In this document: positions 31,999 to 44,334 of the stretch, one piece after another | Layout of the letters: each line of letters opens with the position of its first letter | Numbering within the stretch: position 1 is the first letter of the stretch | Origin: Trypanosoma brucei | Taxonomy: Eukaryota | Length of the DNA: 64,000 nucleotides | Direction: 5' to 3' | Assembly (NCBI GenBank): GCA_000002445.1 | Contig: CP000070.1 | Span: 96,001 to 160,000, forward strand | Notes under the pieces: model-generated | What the model saw: the letters and a program-made list of their open reading frames with translations, nothing else | Told to the model about the DNA's origin: nothing | Database searches by the model: none | Program-made: the position numbers and the translations under genes

Positions 31999-33186
31999 TC
32001 ATCCTCCCATTGACGAAGTTGCTATTTGGCTGAGCTCCTCGTTTAGGGAGAGCACAACATTCGGACCTACTGAAGCGTGTGGATCCGTGAAAAGTTGCTG
32101 CAGGGAAGGTGAAGAGGACGGGTTTGGAGTGATGGGGACGATATCACGGGCAATGCGGCACGTTGGACTCCTCTCCCACATATCCCATAGCTGTGCGGGC
32201 CCCTTTCGCGAGAGGTCATCATTTAAATGACCTTTCATGCCACTCCCATCATAGCGAAGCAGTGAAGGCACTTCAAGAAGCCATGCGCGGGTCTTCGTGC
32301 CGCTCGCAAGTAACATTTGCACCAACTGCAATAATACCGTAAAAGAACTAACGGAAAGACAACGAATAGAATGTAAGAGCCACAAACTCAGCAGTCCCAC
32401 TTCCTCCTCAAAGGAAATGGAGAGGGTGGGACCTGCAACGCAGCCTTTCGTTGCATTCAATCCTGACCGTAAGAACATTGCGCACAGGGCACGAAGAAGT
32501 ACACAGAGTATCGACGAGTACTCCAAGCACTCTTGTGGTCGAATAATGTGAAGTTGCTCCGTCTTGGAGCCAGGCCTAAGTGTGAAGAAGTGTAGAAGCC
32601 CAACCGCTTCACGAAGCCACGCCTCCAGTTGCTGCGCATGGCACGGGGTCTCGTGTGAAGCACACCAAAGGAACAAAACCTCGTCGAAATCGCATTGGTG
32701 GTTGTCGGCACCCGGCGCGGCATTTCCGGGGGATGTGGAAAGGCAGTCACGGCACTTTTTCTCGGTGGTTCCACAGAAATCCCTTTTGCCCTCTGAAAAA
32801 ACACCGTCATTTCCCTCACAAATATTTATGGATGATGCATCCGTTAAAATTCCTGTTGGTGACGTGAGGAGGTTCTTTAGTTGGGCCACACGAACCCCAT
32901 CCACAAAACACTCAGCGATCACTTGCCGTACCTCCTGCGGTAGTGGAACAGTACAAGCCACAGCAGCTGCAGCAGCGGAGGTATGTGAATTTACCATCTT
33001 GTGCTCGTTATTCACAACACCAAGGGGCCCTTCCGTGAATATCTGCGGAGTGTTTCGCGATCTCAAAGAGACGAAGAAGTTTAACCAATGATTCAATAGT
33101 GGTGGTCGTCCTACATCCCACGATAGTCGCTGAAGTTGAGCCAACGAAGACATCCAGATACTGGAAGCACCGGCCGAACCACTCAT
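31999..33186 (-). CDS. Hypothetical protein, 395 aa.
   Basis: Long ORF without low complexity, in the same orientation as its neighbours. I recognise no motif. Confidence 0.45.
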   Translation of the reverse strand: MSGSAGASSIWMSSLAQLQRLSWDVGRPPLLNHWLNFFVSLRSRNTPQIFTEGPLGVVNNEHKMVNSHTSAAAAAVACTVPLPQEVRQVIAECFVDGVRVAQLKNLLTSPTGILTDASSINICEGNDGVFSEGKRDFCGTTEKKCRDCLSTSPGNAAPGADNHQCDFDEVLFLWCASHETPCHAQQLEAWLREAVGLLHFFTLRPGSKTEQLHIIRPQECLEYSSILCVLLRALCAMFLRSGLNATKGCVAGPTLSISFEEEVGLLSLWLLHSIRCLSVSSFTVLLQLVQMLLASGTKTRAWLLEVPSLLRYDGSGMKGHLNDDLSRKGPAQLWDMWERSPTCRIARDIVPITPNPSSSPSLQQLFTDPHASVGPNVVLSLNEELSQIATSSMGG

Positions 33187-33644
33187 CCTTAATATGCGCG
33201 TCCGTGTACAACAAAAGTTGCTTAGCCTTCAAGTATTCAGCTTCCATACCTGTCACACGGGTAAGAGGAATAGCAAAAAAAAAAAAGGGAATACTTCCCA
33301 TGGTTGCATGGATCAAGCAACAACATAATAATAGCACCCGTGCACCAACTTGTTGGCGCGCATGGTGTGAAAGAAGGCGGAACAAATGCACGTGTGTGTA
33401 CTTGTGCGCGTGGTATGTTGGGCATTTTCACGCACTAAACATTGTCAGCTTCCCGGAGCATATAACACAAATCACACACCTACAACGAAAATGGCCCGAA
33501 AAAAAAATATATGTATTTGTAGAATTATTGAAGTCGATAGCCCCACAACACTTGCCATATATTGCTTCAGAAACCAATATACGCTAGCAATGATGTATTC
33601 ATACAAACCACAACACACAAACATGTATACGTAATATACGAGCG

Positions 33645-34397
33645 CTACACTTGATACTTAGATTTGGGGCGGGTCCGTTGCCCCTTCCGCTTCTCTCCAG
33701 TATTCTTCACAGCACTCACCAACTGACCACTGAGTGTAGGATCCACCACATCACCCCTCTTTGTCTTGCTGCTTTTCAATTCCGGTAACATACCCACGCG
33801 TATCATCTTTGCAAAAGGAAGGTTAGCCACCGCGGCTAATTTGTACCGACGGAAGCGGAAGCGCTTAATAATTCTGTGCTTCTTCATTTGGAACCGCCGA
33901 GCCAACCATCGTGACGAGGGATATGGATAATTGCGGGGTCCAAAAGTCACCTGGCCATAAAATTTAGCGGCCCATCGAGCACTGAGTTCGTCCAACTGAT
34001 CGCCGTATGCAACCGAATCAACTTCTACATTTGTTTGCTGCTTCAGTTGTTTCCGTTCGCCTTCCTTTACGCTTCTCGTACCCGTATCGTTGCGGGTGCC
34101 ACTAGCAAAGTAAAAGTGACGAGGTCGGTGGGAAACATCAGCACTGGCAATCATGTGGTGACGAAATGAAGCCGTCGCATGATGCTCGTTGAAAGAAGCG
34201 GCAGTTGGTTTCCGATCAATATAACTCCCTCGTAGCGGTGGCGGCAATGGAAATATAACTGCCGGCGCCATCTGCGTTGTAGCACACCTCAGCTCTTGTG
34301 TTTCTTGGCATGTCGCTTGCATGGAGGTAGTGGTGGAGCCAAGTGCAGCAATCCCAAGTTTGGGTATGCGTGAGCACGCAACGCAGCCTGCGCGCAT
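33645..34397 (-). CDS. Hypothetical basic protein of 250 aa, possibly a mitochondrial ribosomal protein.
   Basis: The C-terminal half is very basic, with KKHRIIKRFRFRRYKLAAVANLPFAKMIRVG. The assignment is weak. Confidence 0.4.
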   Translation of the reverse strand: MRAGCVACSRIPKLGIAALGSTTTSMQATCQETQELRCATTQMAPAVIFPLPPPLRGSYIDRKPTAASFNEHHATASFRHHMIASADVSHRPRHFYFASGTRNDTGTRSVKEGERKQLKQQTNVEVDSVAYGDQLDELSARWAAKFYGQVTFGPRNYPYPSSRWLARRFQMKKHRIIKRFRFRRYKLAAVANLPFAKMIRVGMLPELKSSKTKRGDVVDPTLSGQLVSAVKNTGEKRKGQRTRPKSKYQV

Positions 34398-36045
34398 GTG
34401 AATATTTCCGACGAGGTAAGCTAGAAAATTGGAAGCGGTAAAGGAAAATAAAAACAGAGAGACAATTTAAAAATAAAAGGAAGCACTGGCAGAACAAAAC
34501 AGGAGATGCACGCACGTGAAGCTGAGCAGACACACTCGCGGTGACGTCGGAAGCAGGAGGCGACTTCCCCACAAAGCAGTTGTGCGAATATGCTGAATAA
34601 CATGCGTTAACGAATAGGTTACCGAAAAAAGGACAAAGAACCTACCAAACTTGTTTGTTTCACTTCATTTCTTCAAATTACAACTCTTTTGCTCCTCTCT
34701 TCGCCCCGTCACGGTCCCTCACCTCCTTTCCATTACAGCAACCTCCTTATTTTAGTGGAGTTCCTTTCGTTGATGGCAGTTTCCGCTGATTCCACGTATA
34801 ACACACAACAAAACATTTAACGACCGTTAAGCGCAGGCCCCCCTCCACAAAGCAGGGGCTTGCATGAGAATCCTCACCCATCGGCAACGATGGTCCTTTT
34901 TTTTTTTTGATAATAAATTGTGTTAACATAGGCAAGCAAAACCTTCCGTTGGTCAGAGGAGAGGGAATAAAGGGGAGGCAAAAATAGAATGTGGGAAAGG
35001 GAGTATAAATATGAATGAACGTAAACATCCATGCATACATAATTAAACGAATACATGCTGTAGCGGAATACCAAAGGAAACAAAAAAGCCGCCGCATCCC
35101 CGGCACTGTTCTCTACTTTTAAGCATATAAAATTTAGGGAAACTCGATGCATGAGGATTTCAGTGACAACCCCCTAACGGGATAAGCAAGTGAGCAGAAT
35201 ATATAACAAGCCACTCTGCACGCCAGCACAAAGGTGTAAAAAGCACTGCTCCAATACTCATAGTTACAGAGATAAAATAAAAATAACACGAGCCTCCACC
35301 GCACCACCTTTCCCGGGTCAAAGTCGCGGATACGCTCTTCTATTGCTATTCTTTTTTTTTCTTTACCACCTTTCCCTGGTTGATATCGTAGGTCCACTGA
35401 TAATAAAGCTCTTCGCACTCCAGTACGCATCAGAGCCAAACATCCCTCTACTTCACCATTTCCTGTCGTCTTCCAACCTCATCTCAATAAACACACATGT
35501 GCACTCAGTTCACTAATCAACATTTCGGTGGATGCTTATTGAAATATTCGGATCATAACCACGCCATCGCAGCTCTCAGTCTTACTCCCTTCTTCACACC
35601 TTTTTCTGTTCTACATGAAGAAAACTGCAGGAAAATTGAGTACTATGTTGCTTCCACTTCTGACAATTTCATTTCTTCAGTTCCCCTATCACTTTGTTTC
35701 CCCTTCTCATCATTACTTCCTGTTTATCTCCGCAAAGGTATGAATTTTTGTGTGTATTTGCGTTTGCCCCTTTTGTCGCCATCCCGTTACGATTGAGTTT
35801 TTCCTCTTATCCTTATACTAACGCTATGAGAAAGTAACTGTCATTCATTGCTGACAGGATTGCACGACATTACACTACCTTCCTTTGTCATCCTCATCCT
35901 CGCCGTTCCTCCCCCCCCCCAACACTTTAAAGTAAACACCTGAGCTAAAGGGGGAAATAAATTACTCCAAAAATGCCCTACAGGAACTGAAAACAAAACA
36001 AAATACCACAGCTGTAGAGGAGGGGCTGACAAACGGAGTGTAGAG

Positions 36046-37107
36046 CTAAAGTAGAAATAGGAGCACAGCCAACAGAAAAACAAGCCCCTGCATAATGCTC
36101 GTGAAATTTCCACTAAAAAAGACAGCCCAATTTCCGGCCATTGTCTCCGTAGTTTTCTTCACATTTAATTGATCAAGCTGCCCACTCCCATGCTTTCCAC
36201 CAGACACATCGTGTCCTGCCAACTGCTGAGCCTTCGTGGCGAGAGCCTCTGGTGAAGCGGCACTCCAATTAACTTGTGGAAACACGCCTTCTAAGGCTTC
36301 GAGGACCGGTGATACAACGGGTTGAAGGTGATGGGCGGCCCAAACCACGCACGACACACAGAAACCAAAAATCAGTTTGGGAATGTGCAGCACATGCGCC
36401 TCAATATTCTTCAATCCCTGTCGTGCAGGAGGATTGAGCCAACTGCGGAAAAGCAAATAAGCCTGCACGACAAGTGAGATGCCGATACCCCACAGATAGA
36501 AATACAGAAATTTGTACAGTGATGTCCACAGGCGGCTGAGTCGCAAGTGGCGTTGGGCAAAACCGGGCGACGTGCACTTTATAGCTAATGTGTCCCGAAA
36601 CCTGTGCTCGCAGTTGATGTCTCCCATAAGATCCCCCGGCTCCTTTGCAGCCCCTCCGTTGGGGTCGCCTGTCCTACTGGCCGAAACTTTCTCCGCTGCA
36701 AGTTGGGCCACCTCCTCCTTTACGCGGGCCTGCCACAATTTTTTTTCCTCCGCAACGAACTCCTTAAGTCTCGAATTCGCACGCCAGTGTAACGGATAAC
36801 CGTCTTCCAGTACGTTTACCGCAGATGTGTCGTTAGTGAAGTAGTTGCTGCTACTTGTGACTCCTAATGTAACTGCAGCCCAACCGCCACGTCTTTTGGA
36901 GCGGTACGCAGGAAAGAATATGACATTGTCAGCATAATCTAAGCCCAAAAAACGGCGACCGATGCGGTAACGTGTGAGGCTCCAGAAGTGCGTTTCCACC
37001 ACACGCTGCATGCCATTGCTGCTGCTGCTGCCTCTCCTCCACCAACCCATGTTTGTCGTGCAGTACCTCGTTAGATAACCAACTGCAGACGCAACTGAAG
37101 CACACAC
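36046..37107 (-). CDS. Hypothetical membrane protein of 353 aa with a C-terminal hydrophobic anchor.
   Basis: Hydrophobic segments are LWGIGISLVVQAYLLF and the C-terminal IMQGLVFLLAVLLFLL. The rest contains no low complexity. Confidence 0.45.
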   Translation of the reverse strand: MCASVASAVGYLTRYCTTNMGWWRRGSSSSNGMQRVVETHFWSLTRYRIGRRFLGLDYADNVIFFPAYRSKRRGGWAAVTLGVTSSSNYFTNDTSAVNVLEDGYPLHWRANSRLKEFVAEEKKLWQARVKEEVAQLAAEKVSASRTGDPNGGAAKEPGDLMGDINCEHRFRDTLAIKCTSPGFAQRHLRLSRLWTSLYKFLYFYLWGIGISLVVQAYLLFRSWLNPPARQGLKNIEAHVLHIPKLIFGFCVSCVVWAAHHLQPVVSPVLEALEGVFPQVNWSAASPEALATKAQQLAGHDVSGGKHGSGQLDQLNVKKTTETMAGNWAVFFSGNFTSIMQGLVFLLAVLLFLL

Positions 37108-38014
37108 CCTATGCGAACAGCAATGTGTTTTTTTTTGTTATTGCAATATATGTGACAAGTGTATGAACTATATATAGATATAGGCGTAGAAGTATGTTGT
37201 GGCTTTCTTGTATGTCAAAGTGCTTAGTTTTTTGCCCTTTTCCTTCCCCTTAGTGAAGGGTCAAGTGGTAATCCTCTTCTTGAGTAACTGCTTTTCACCC
37301 TAATTACAGGGTACGGTAGAAACTTCTACGAAACTCACCGTGATGAGGAGGTTCTGTGACTTAAAAAGAGGTACAATTGACGCTCCCTCCTGTACTTCCC
37401 TTCAAAGTGGTCTCACACTCAAGCCTATTTTCCCTCTTAACTTCCTCCTCAGTAGGGCACGTGAGTCAAAGTGCCGCGCCTGTATGTGTGAATGTACGCT
37501 AAGTTACAGCAAGAATCAGCAGAGGGTACACAGGGGAAGGAGAATGAAAGAAATGAATGAGAGTTGACTTGGGTTGAGCAGGGATCAAACCAAAAGGTTT
37601 CGCATTAAATCGGATACTGGCAAGGTACACATTCACAGATATTCGAAGCTTTTAACAACGCTTCCCTCGGCGGATGAAGTTACTGAGCGAAGTTAAACGT
37701 ACTTTATTTTCATATATTTAAAAAGGAATTAACAACCACACAAAAACACGGACACGGAGGCCAAATTGCACGTCCAAGGTTGTCCGCTGGGGATGGCTTG
37801 GGGACATTTTTCGTCCTCATGCGACTTGGCTTATCATTTGTTCACACCAATCACCGTTACCATTTAGACCGACGAGAAATGAAAGGCGACTTAACAAATC
37901 ACGATAAGGGATCCATCGAAATGGCACGCTTGCACCCACAGACGAGTAGATTTACACAACTGTCGGTAACGGCACATACATACACTGGCTAATATCCAGT
38001 TTGTCAATCACCTG

Positions 38015-40969
38015 CTAACCATCCGCTTTAGCTCGCTTGTAGCGACGAAGTTCGTGTCGCTCCTCATCATCACTCTCATCATCCCCATTCCTGCCATTAT
38101 TCAACAGCTCCGCTACATCGGAACCGATGCCATCATCTTCCTCATCCAAATCATCCTCATCGTCGTCATCGTCAAAGTTGCCGTCCGGAATATCATCAGC
38201 CCCACTTCTCCCACTAGATGTGCTATCACTTTCGCTGTCATCCGCACTTTCTTCATCATCACTGCCATCGGACGGCGCTGCGGCGAGACCTACCTCCTCA
38301 TCACTTCCGGAATCAAAATCTTCCTCACCACTGTGACGGGATTCCATTCCATATGATGAGCCGCGTTCAGACTCAGCGACCATCGCCGTGGTTTGCTCCC
38401 CACGCGCCCGTTTCTTTTTGTGAATAGCATCCCCCTCGTCCTCTTCATCATCCTCAGTTGCATCTTCATCACCCTCCTCCTCCTCATCGCTAACTTCACT
38501 ATTACCCTCCTCTTCGTCATCAGTGCCACTGCTATTGTCGTCAACATCATCCTCCTCGTTTACGTCACCATCGGACAGAACCATTTGATCAAGAGCATCC
38601 AAATCCAGCTCCTCATCACTGTCCATGTCATTATCCTCCTCTTCATTTTCTTTAGAGGCTGCAGCCCCCTTCTTTGCTTTCCTCTTCGACTTTGAAGATG
38701 GTCTGGCTCCTTTCTTTTTATTACCGTCTTTTCGGCTCTTCCTTCTCTTGGAAGACAGTGAATCCACCTTGCGCTCTGTCGTTGCCGTCGAGTACAAGCC
38801 GCCCGAGTACTTTTTCTCCACAAACATTTTGGGAAATATGATGTCGCCGTGAGAGTTTGCAGACACGTTTCGTTCCGACGGGAAAACAGATTTGAAAATA
38901 GAAAGACGTCCATACATAACTGCAATCTGGTCGTACAGGGAAACCATGTTCCTGTACTGATGAAGAAGCGGCGCAACAAAGTCCTTCGGTGGGGATGGTT
39001 GATCGGGTTTAATCCCTTTCGTGGCCCCATCGCTGCTAGAAACAGCCGACTTTTGCTTCAGATCCTGTTGGACCTGATACATTTCAACGCCGCGGTAACG
39101 TATAATGGCATCGATCCATTGAAACAGAGGAGAACAGGGGGACGCTCCGCGCACCCGCTGCCCGAGTAACTGTAACAGTTGTAAACAATAAGGCAGCTGT
39201 AGCGACATTACGGTTGCCCGAATGTCACCACTACTTCGAGAGGCTACAGTGAGAAGTTCCATCACAGCAGATGTATCGTTCGCATGAAGCGCTTGGTAAA
39301 GGGGAACAGTTGCTAATCCCAACGCGTGTTGCTGCTGCTGCTGCCCAGCGGTTGATTCGTTGGATTCGGAGACATGCAGTTGCTTCAGCCGTTGTTCGAG
39401 TGTTAGGCTCTTCTGAGGGAGTTCTGATACGCTTTTCGCGTGATACGAAACTGCGGGAACAAACCCTTCCGTCCCAGCTCTCGTAGCACGCGCCGCCAGC
39501 AAAATTCGACGCTGTTGTTGTTGGTCGTGTGTCGCCCACGCGTTATCCAACGTCTCCAAATCATTGTACGCGACTAGATCGGCAGATGCTTTCGATTGAG
39601 TATCAGAAGGCACAAAATAAACTGCCACCTCCCCGCCACCTGCCACGAGTGCTGTACGCCTTCTTGCCGCTGCACTCCCTTTCAGTTTGACAGCTTTTGA
39701 CATGGCATCACAAAGATCAAGCACTTCGAATTGCGGTACGGCAAAACGCCCACGAAGCAGCAGCAGCGATGAGCAGGCCGACGAGGAACTGCCATCAGCT
39801 GCATTGGCGCCTGGAAGTAGTGAAGCGAAAAGCAGCCGTCCAGACTCGTCCTGCGACGTAAGTTGGAATGTGGGAGGTCTCGGCATTGGCTCAGCGACAG
39901 CGACAAGAAGGGATCGTCCGAGCATCCACACGAGTACGGTACCTGTAAAGGTCGTAACAACCACTAGGGCTCCTCCATCACTCATTCTACCAATATCCCC
40001 CTCACCCTTTGCCCCATTATTAGCAGCACTGGGCAAGTCATTCATACCATCCAGACCCCTGTCGTCACCGCTACTCGCACCCTCCCTTACAGAAATGCCG
40101 ATAATTCTCTGTCCACACATCAAACTCCTCCGGCATCGTGATGTTGCCGTACTACCATCAAGTGATGGGCGAGCGTCCCACACACGTACAGCGCCCTCTT
40201 GCGCATTGGAAGTAATAACAACCGGTTGTTGAGGCGTTCCACCCATCCACGCGATGTCTGTGCGGGAGGTATGCGATGCAAAAGTGATTAGACGATCAAG
40301 GGAGGCAGTTACAGCACTATGCACGCCGCCAACATCACCACTTGTTGCATTGTTCCCAATTCGAAGTCTGTACAAGGCATTTGTTGGTCCTGAAATAAAG
40401 ATACAGAAAACGGACTCGGGTATAAAGTCGTCACGTCCTGCTGAGGTTACCACATCTTCCACCGCCGCGATGGCACTGGCATCGTGTTGAACCCGCAGGT
40501 TAGTCACGATGCGCTCCCCCCGAATGCAGTCCACGACGTGCAGAAGGCGGTCCGCGGTTACGCAAAGCAAAAAATGGCCAGTAAAGGCCGTTGCTACAAC
40601 TGCCTGTTGCGTGTCTGACACACAAAGGTGTCCAACGAGTTCATCTTTCCCAACATTATGCAGAAGTAATGTGCCATTGCTGAGTCCCACCGCCGCAAAA
40701 GTTGTGTAAAGTGTGCAATCAGTTTTCCGTCCCTCCTTACCGCGCTTGCGTGTGGATTGTTGCTGCTCCACCCGCTCGTTTACGATTCCTAACGATAGTG
40801 AGGTTAAGGACACCACAGCAAGCGAGAAACGGTTCTGCGCCGGCACGTTAACAACTGCCGCAAGGTTTCCGGTTGCCACATCAAAAACACGTGCACTTGG
40901 GAAATCCATCCCAACGGCGAGGTACCGCCCCGCTTGTGTGCATCGTATCAACAGCGAGCGCTCCGTCAT
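38015..40969 (-). CDS. Nucleolar-type protein of 984 aa. It has an N-terminal WD40-like beta-propeller, a Utp12-like helical domain and a C-terminal tail of about 250 aa that is acidic and Ser-rich with a KKRK-type basic patch. It is SSU-processome and UTP5/WDR43-like.
   Basis: WD-like repeats lie in the N-terminal 400 aa. The Utp12-like segment reads PLYQALHANDTSAVMELL...LPYCLQLLQLLGQRV...FQWIDAIIRYRG. The tail runs DSDEELDLDALDQMVLSDGDVNEEDDVDDNSSGTDDEEEG... Confidence 0.55.
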   Translation of the reverse strand: MTERSLLIRCTQAGRYLAVGMDFPSARVFDVATGNLAAVVNVPAQNRFSLAVVSLTSLSLGIVNERVEQQQSTRKRGKEGRKTDCTLYTTFAAVGLSNGTLLLHNVGKDELVGHLCVSDTQQAVVATAFTGHFLLCVTADRLLHVVDCIRGERIVTNLRVQHDASAIAAVEDVVTSAGRDDFIPESVFCIFISGPTNALYRLRIGNNATSGDVGGVHSAVTASLDRLITFASHTSRTDIAWMGGTPQQPVVITSNAQEGAVRVWDARPSLDGSTATSRCRRSLMCGQRIIGISVREGASSGDDRGLDGMNDLPSAANNGAKGEGDIGRMSDGGALVVVTTFTGTVLVWMLGRSLLVAVAEPMPRPPTFQLTSQDESGRLLFASLLPGANAADGSSSSACSSLLLLRGRFAVPQFEVLDLCDAMSKAVKLKGSAAARRRTALVAGGGEVAVYFVPSDTQSKASADLVAYNDLETLDNAWATHDQQQQRRILLAARATRAGTEGFVPAVSYHAKSVSELPQKSLTLEQRLKQLHVSESNESTAGQQQQQHALGLATVPLYQALHANDTSAVMELLTVASRSSGDIRATVMSLQLPYCLQLLQLLGQRVRGASPCSPLFQWIDAIIRYRGVEMYQVQQDLKQKSAVSSSDGATKGIKPDQPSPPKDFVAPLLHQYRNMVSLYDQIAVMYGRLSIFKSVFPSERNVSANSHGDIIFPKMFVEKKYSGGLYSTATTERKVDSLSSKRRKSRKDGNKKKGARPSSKSKRKAKKGAAASKENEEEDNDMDSDEELDLDALDQMVLSDGDVNEEDDVDDNSSGTDDEEEGNSEVSDEEEEGDEDATEDDEEDEGDAIHKKKRARGEQTTAMVAESERGSSYGMESRHSGEEDFDSGSDEEVGLAAAPSDGSDDEESADDSESDSTSSGRSGADDIPDGNFDDDDDEDDLDEEDDGIGSDVAELLNNGRNGDDESDDEERHELRRYKRAKADG

Positions 40970-41639
40970 TTCGTTTGCTGCTGCCTCGTCAACACACCTA
41001 TCTTTTTCTTTGTTTTACGCAGCTGTGTTTTGATCCACTTATATGTTAATTGGCGCTGCGACCTCAGTTACCACTCGGACCCAAGCGTGCGGCCTCTTGC
41101 GTCAAATGTGTGCTTTCCTTCACTTTAATACTTTTGTATTTTCTTTGAATTAGGTTTCGTTTCGCTTGATTATTGCTTACACTTTCAAATTCCCCCCCCT
41201 CACCTTTAATTAAGACCTTTTAACCGCACAAACACGTTATACCTATTTGTTTTCAGACAGAAAGAATAGAAACGCACGAAAGTAATTTAAAGAAAAAATA
41301 GATTAAAAAATGTATGCCGAAAATTGCAAAAATATTTGCACTCTTTGTGTGCATAAACGCAGGGAAAAATTAAGAAGATTATAATAGAACACAGAGTTTT
41401 TCGCTTCGATACTCAGAAACGTGAAGTTTAATCGCTAGTTATGACACGTGAAAGAACGTGTCATAATCCACCCAATACTGTTGTTTTTTTTTAATAACCC
41501 TTCCCTCCTCTTTCTTTCTCTCCTGCTGAAAAGAAAAAGGTCCAGCACGATTACTGTGCAATGAACAGCAGGAGGTGGCTCATCATCAAACAAACATGGA
41601 AGCAGAAACACTCCATTGCGTTGCAGCTAAACACGTACC

Positions 41640-43040
41640 TTACAATAGAAGACCAAACTCGCGCAGCATCACTACAGCAGGGTTGGTAAAACTCATGTCA
41701 TACCAATAGTTCACAGCTGCGATAAGCGGAAGGGGCGCAGAATGTTTTTGATCATGCCGTGAAACTTTAGCAATTTCTTCAGTCGACGCTTCCTCAATCA
41801 CTCGGCTATCCTCAGAATCTGCGTGTTGCGCCACACGGTGCAACCACAAAGCAGGAAGGTACAACACCTCACCAGGTTGCACGTACGCAATGAGTGGATG
41901 CAATTTGTCACGCAGCTCCTCTTTAATGTGCAGCGGGTCATCAACTGCAGCAGGTGTAAGCTCCACATCCATCCACGGCACCGACGTTCCGTCACGCGTG
42001 GGACTATCAGAAAATATGTATTCCTCTTCACCTTCTTTACAATTCGCTGCGGCTTTGAGGGTAAATGCTGCCGCTGGAAGTTCCGGCTTGGGCACAAACA
42101 CGCCTTCCCATGGAGGAACTAATATGAACTCCTTCACACCGCGCACAACCGCGTAAAGGTTCTCTACCCAGTCTTGATGCATTGATGAGACGGAGGCGGG
42201 TGTGCCAAGCCAAATATTAGCGGCCTCACGTTTACCTCCAAATACCCGAGTACCAAAGCGGTCCAATGCGGTGTCGATATCAGCATGGAGATGTTGGTAC
42301 TCCTCCGCAAGACAATTATTTTGCATTTGTGCGTATGCGATCGAACGTTGCGGCCGACGGAGGTCGACAAACTGGGATTTCAATGGAGGGACAAGTGGAT
42401 TTGCACGCAGCAGTCTGTACAACTCAGGCAGCGTCACTCGTAGCTCTGCGGCACTCATGAACAGCTTTTCGGTTACTACGAAGTCACTTTTACCTTCAAG
42501 TTTATCATGTACCTGTGACTCATTCTTTACAGCGTTGTACGTTACATATGTTACGGCGTCAGCCCGACCGTTAGGCGTCAATGCAACCGTCACGCGCCGA
42601 GGTCCCAACGTCCCTTGTGATTCCGCTTCATTATTACTGGTGCCATTCTTACTGTCCTCTGCATCCGATTCCGTCACAATCTCTTCATCCTCATGGAAGC
42701 TATCATTTTCATTAATTTCTCCATTCCCTTTACTGGTTCTTTCCTTCTCATACACCATGGGAAGTTTTTCATCCAGATCAAACAAATATCGGTCGTCCCG
42801 CCACCGCTGCAACGCCGGCCAATCACACAGCGCCCCCACAATGATGCATGGGCGGGAGTGAAACACAAACTCTCGCATAAACTCCTGTTCGGTTAACATT
42901 CTGAACTTTTCCTCGTCGCACGCGTTCCCACGACTGAGGCCATCGACACGTATTCTTTCGATGTTAAACTGCTGAAGCGCCTTTGAGGTCTCTGCGAAGG
43001 CTTCTGCAACTGTCAGCGTCTGCGCCTTTTCATTTGGCAT
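41640..43040 (-). CDS. JmjC-domain (cupin) protein of 466 aa, similar to JMJD7/HSPBAP1.
   Basis: The JmjC core is IWLGTPASVSSMHQDWVENLYAVVRGVKEFILVPP...PGEVLYLPALWLHRV. The HxD...H metal-binding pattern is present. Confidence 0.75.
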   Translation of the reverse strand: MPNEKAQTLTVAEAFAETSKALQQFNIERIRVDGLSRGNACDEEKFRMLTEQEFMREFVFHSRPCIIVGALCDWPALQRWRDDRYLFDLDEKLPMVYEKERTSKGNGEINENDSFHEDEEIVTESDAEDSKNGTSNNEAESQGTLGPRRVTVALTPNGRADAVTYVTYNAVKNESQVHDKLEGKSDFVVTEKLFMSAAELRVTLPELYRLLRANPLVPPLKSQFVDLRRPQRSIAYAQMQNNCLAEEYQHLHADIDTALDRFGTRVFGGKREAANIWLGTPASVSSMHQDWVENLYAVVRGVKEFILVPPWEGVFVPKPELPAAAFTLKAAANCKEGEEEYIFSDSPTRDGTSVPWMDVELTPAAVDDPLHIKEELRDKLHPLIAYVQPGEVLYLPALWLHRVAQHADSEDSRVIEEASTEEIAKVSRHDQKHSAPLPLIAAVNYWYDMSFTNPAVVMLREFGLLL

Positions 43041-44334
43041 CGCATGAACTTCCTGCAGTTTTTGGTTTTTTTTTCTTTTTTATGGTTCCTGTTTTAAGTC
43101 TCCTCTTTTTGTTTTATGCGGCGGTGGGTTTTAGGAGGCAAAACGAAGGTTACGTGCGTTTGCGACATGTGGGATAACAGAGAAGAAATAAAACACAGTG
43201 TTAAAATGGAAATAGATAAAGAGATAAATACATACATACATAAATAAACATATATATATATATATATATATATTATAAAATAGGGTTCAACAATTCAACA
43301 CGAAATGGAAAACAAGACTGAAAACTCAAGTGACGAAAGGGGGTAAGTGACTGAGGTGAAATAAAAGAGAGGAAAACAGCATGGACAAACACAAATGTAG
43401 AAATGAGAAGAAGAAAAAAGCAAATGAACGCAAAAAAAAAAAAAGAAGACTTCCCGTTACACAGAAAAAAACAAAATGAGAAAAGAAAGAAGTATAGCAA
43501 AAGGGGGCCGCAGGGGATCAGTTGCGGAGCAGCACCACCCAAGCAAATCAAATGAAGGCACTTCAAAACTGCGCCAAGAGGCTGAAGCCCCCCTTCCTTT
43601 TCCCTTTGATTTTCTTTTTCATTTCATTTCATCTCACTTCATTTTATTTTTTCCCTTTTCTCTCCTTCTCCCCTCTAATTTTCGATTTTTAACCTCTCCA
43701 CTTCATTTATTTATGTATTTAATTTGTTTTTGTTTTTTGTTCGATTTTGTTCCTCCATCCCCTATTTCACATATATTCCCCATAGCTATCTCCCCGGCCT
43801 CATATTTGCATCATCTCAGCACTTTCCATTTCTTCTTTTTTTTTTATTGCGCCTCTTCAAGTTAACATTCCAGAGAAGTAACATATCCTGCGGCGGCACA
43901 GCAAAGGAAAGTGGGAAGCAGTTGCAAAAAAGAAAAAAAGACAACAAAAGAGACAAATGAAAAACAACAGCAAGACAAAAAAGAAAAAAAAACAAAAACA
44001 ATAGAAATCACGAACAATTTGGACAAGAAGAACACTAGCACCTCAATATGCGCTACCTACTACACTTTTTTTTTCGACTTCTTTTTTGTTTCTTTTTTTT
44101 TTGTTGTTGTTTTTATGCCGTCCATGTTAGATCATTCAACAACAATAACTGCTTTCATCATTTAACTACGGGTCTCACTTCGCAGTGGTCAAACGTGTTG
44201 CACGACACTTCCATCAAGAGAAGTTAAACACGAAAACAAACTTCAACTCATCCTGTTAGATTTGTGAAAACTGAATAACATTTTAAAAAAAAAAAGAAAA
44301 CAAAAAGCAGTAGCACATATACACCTATACACCT

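Noticed and set aside
34747-36113. Minus-strand ORFs of 119, 101 and 90 aa in the 1.6-kb spacer between the basic protein and the membrane protein.
   Set aside because: Their composition is F/L/C/Y-rich and low in complexity. The 90-aa ORF overlaps the start region of the 36046..37107 gene in another frame. I found no motifs. This is more likely UTR.
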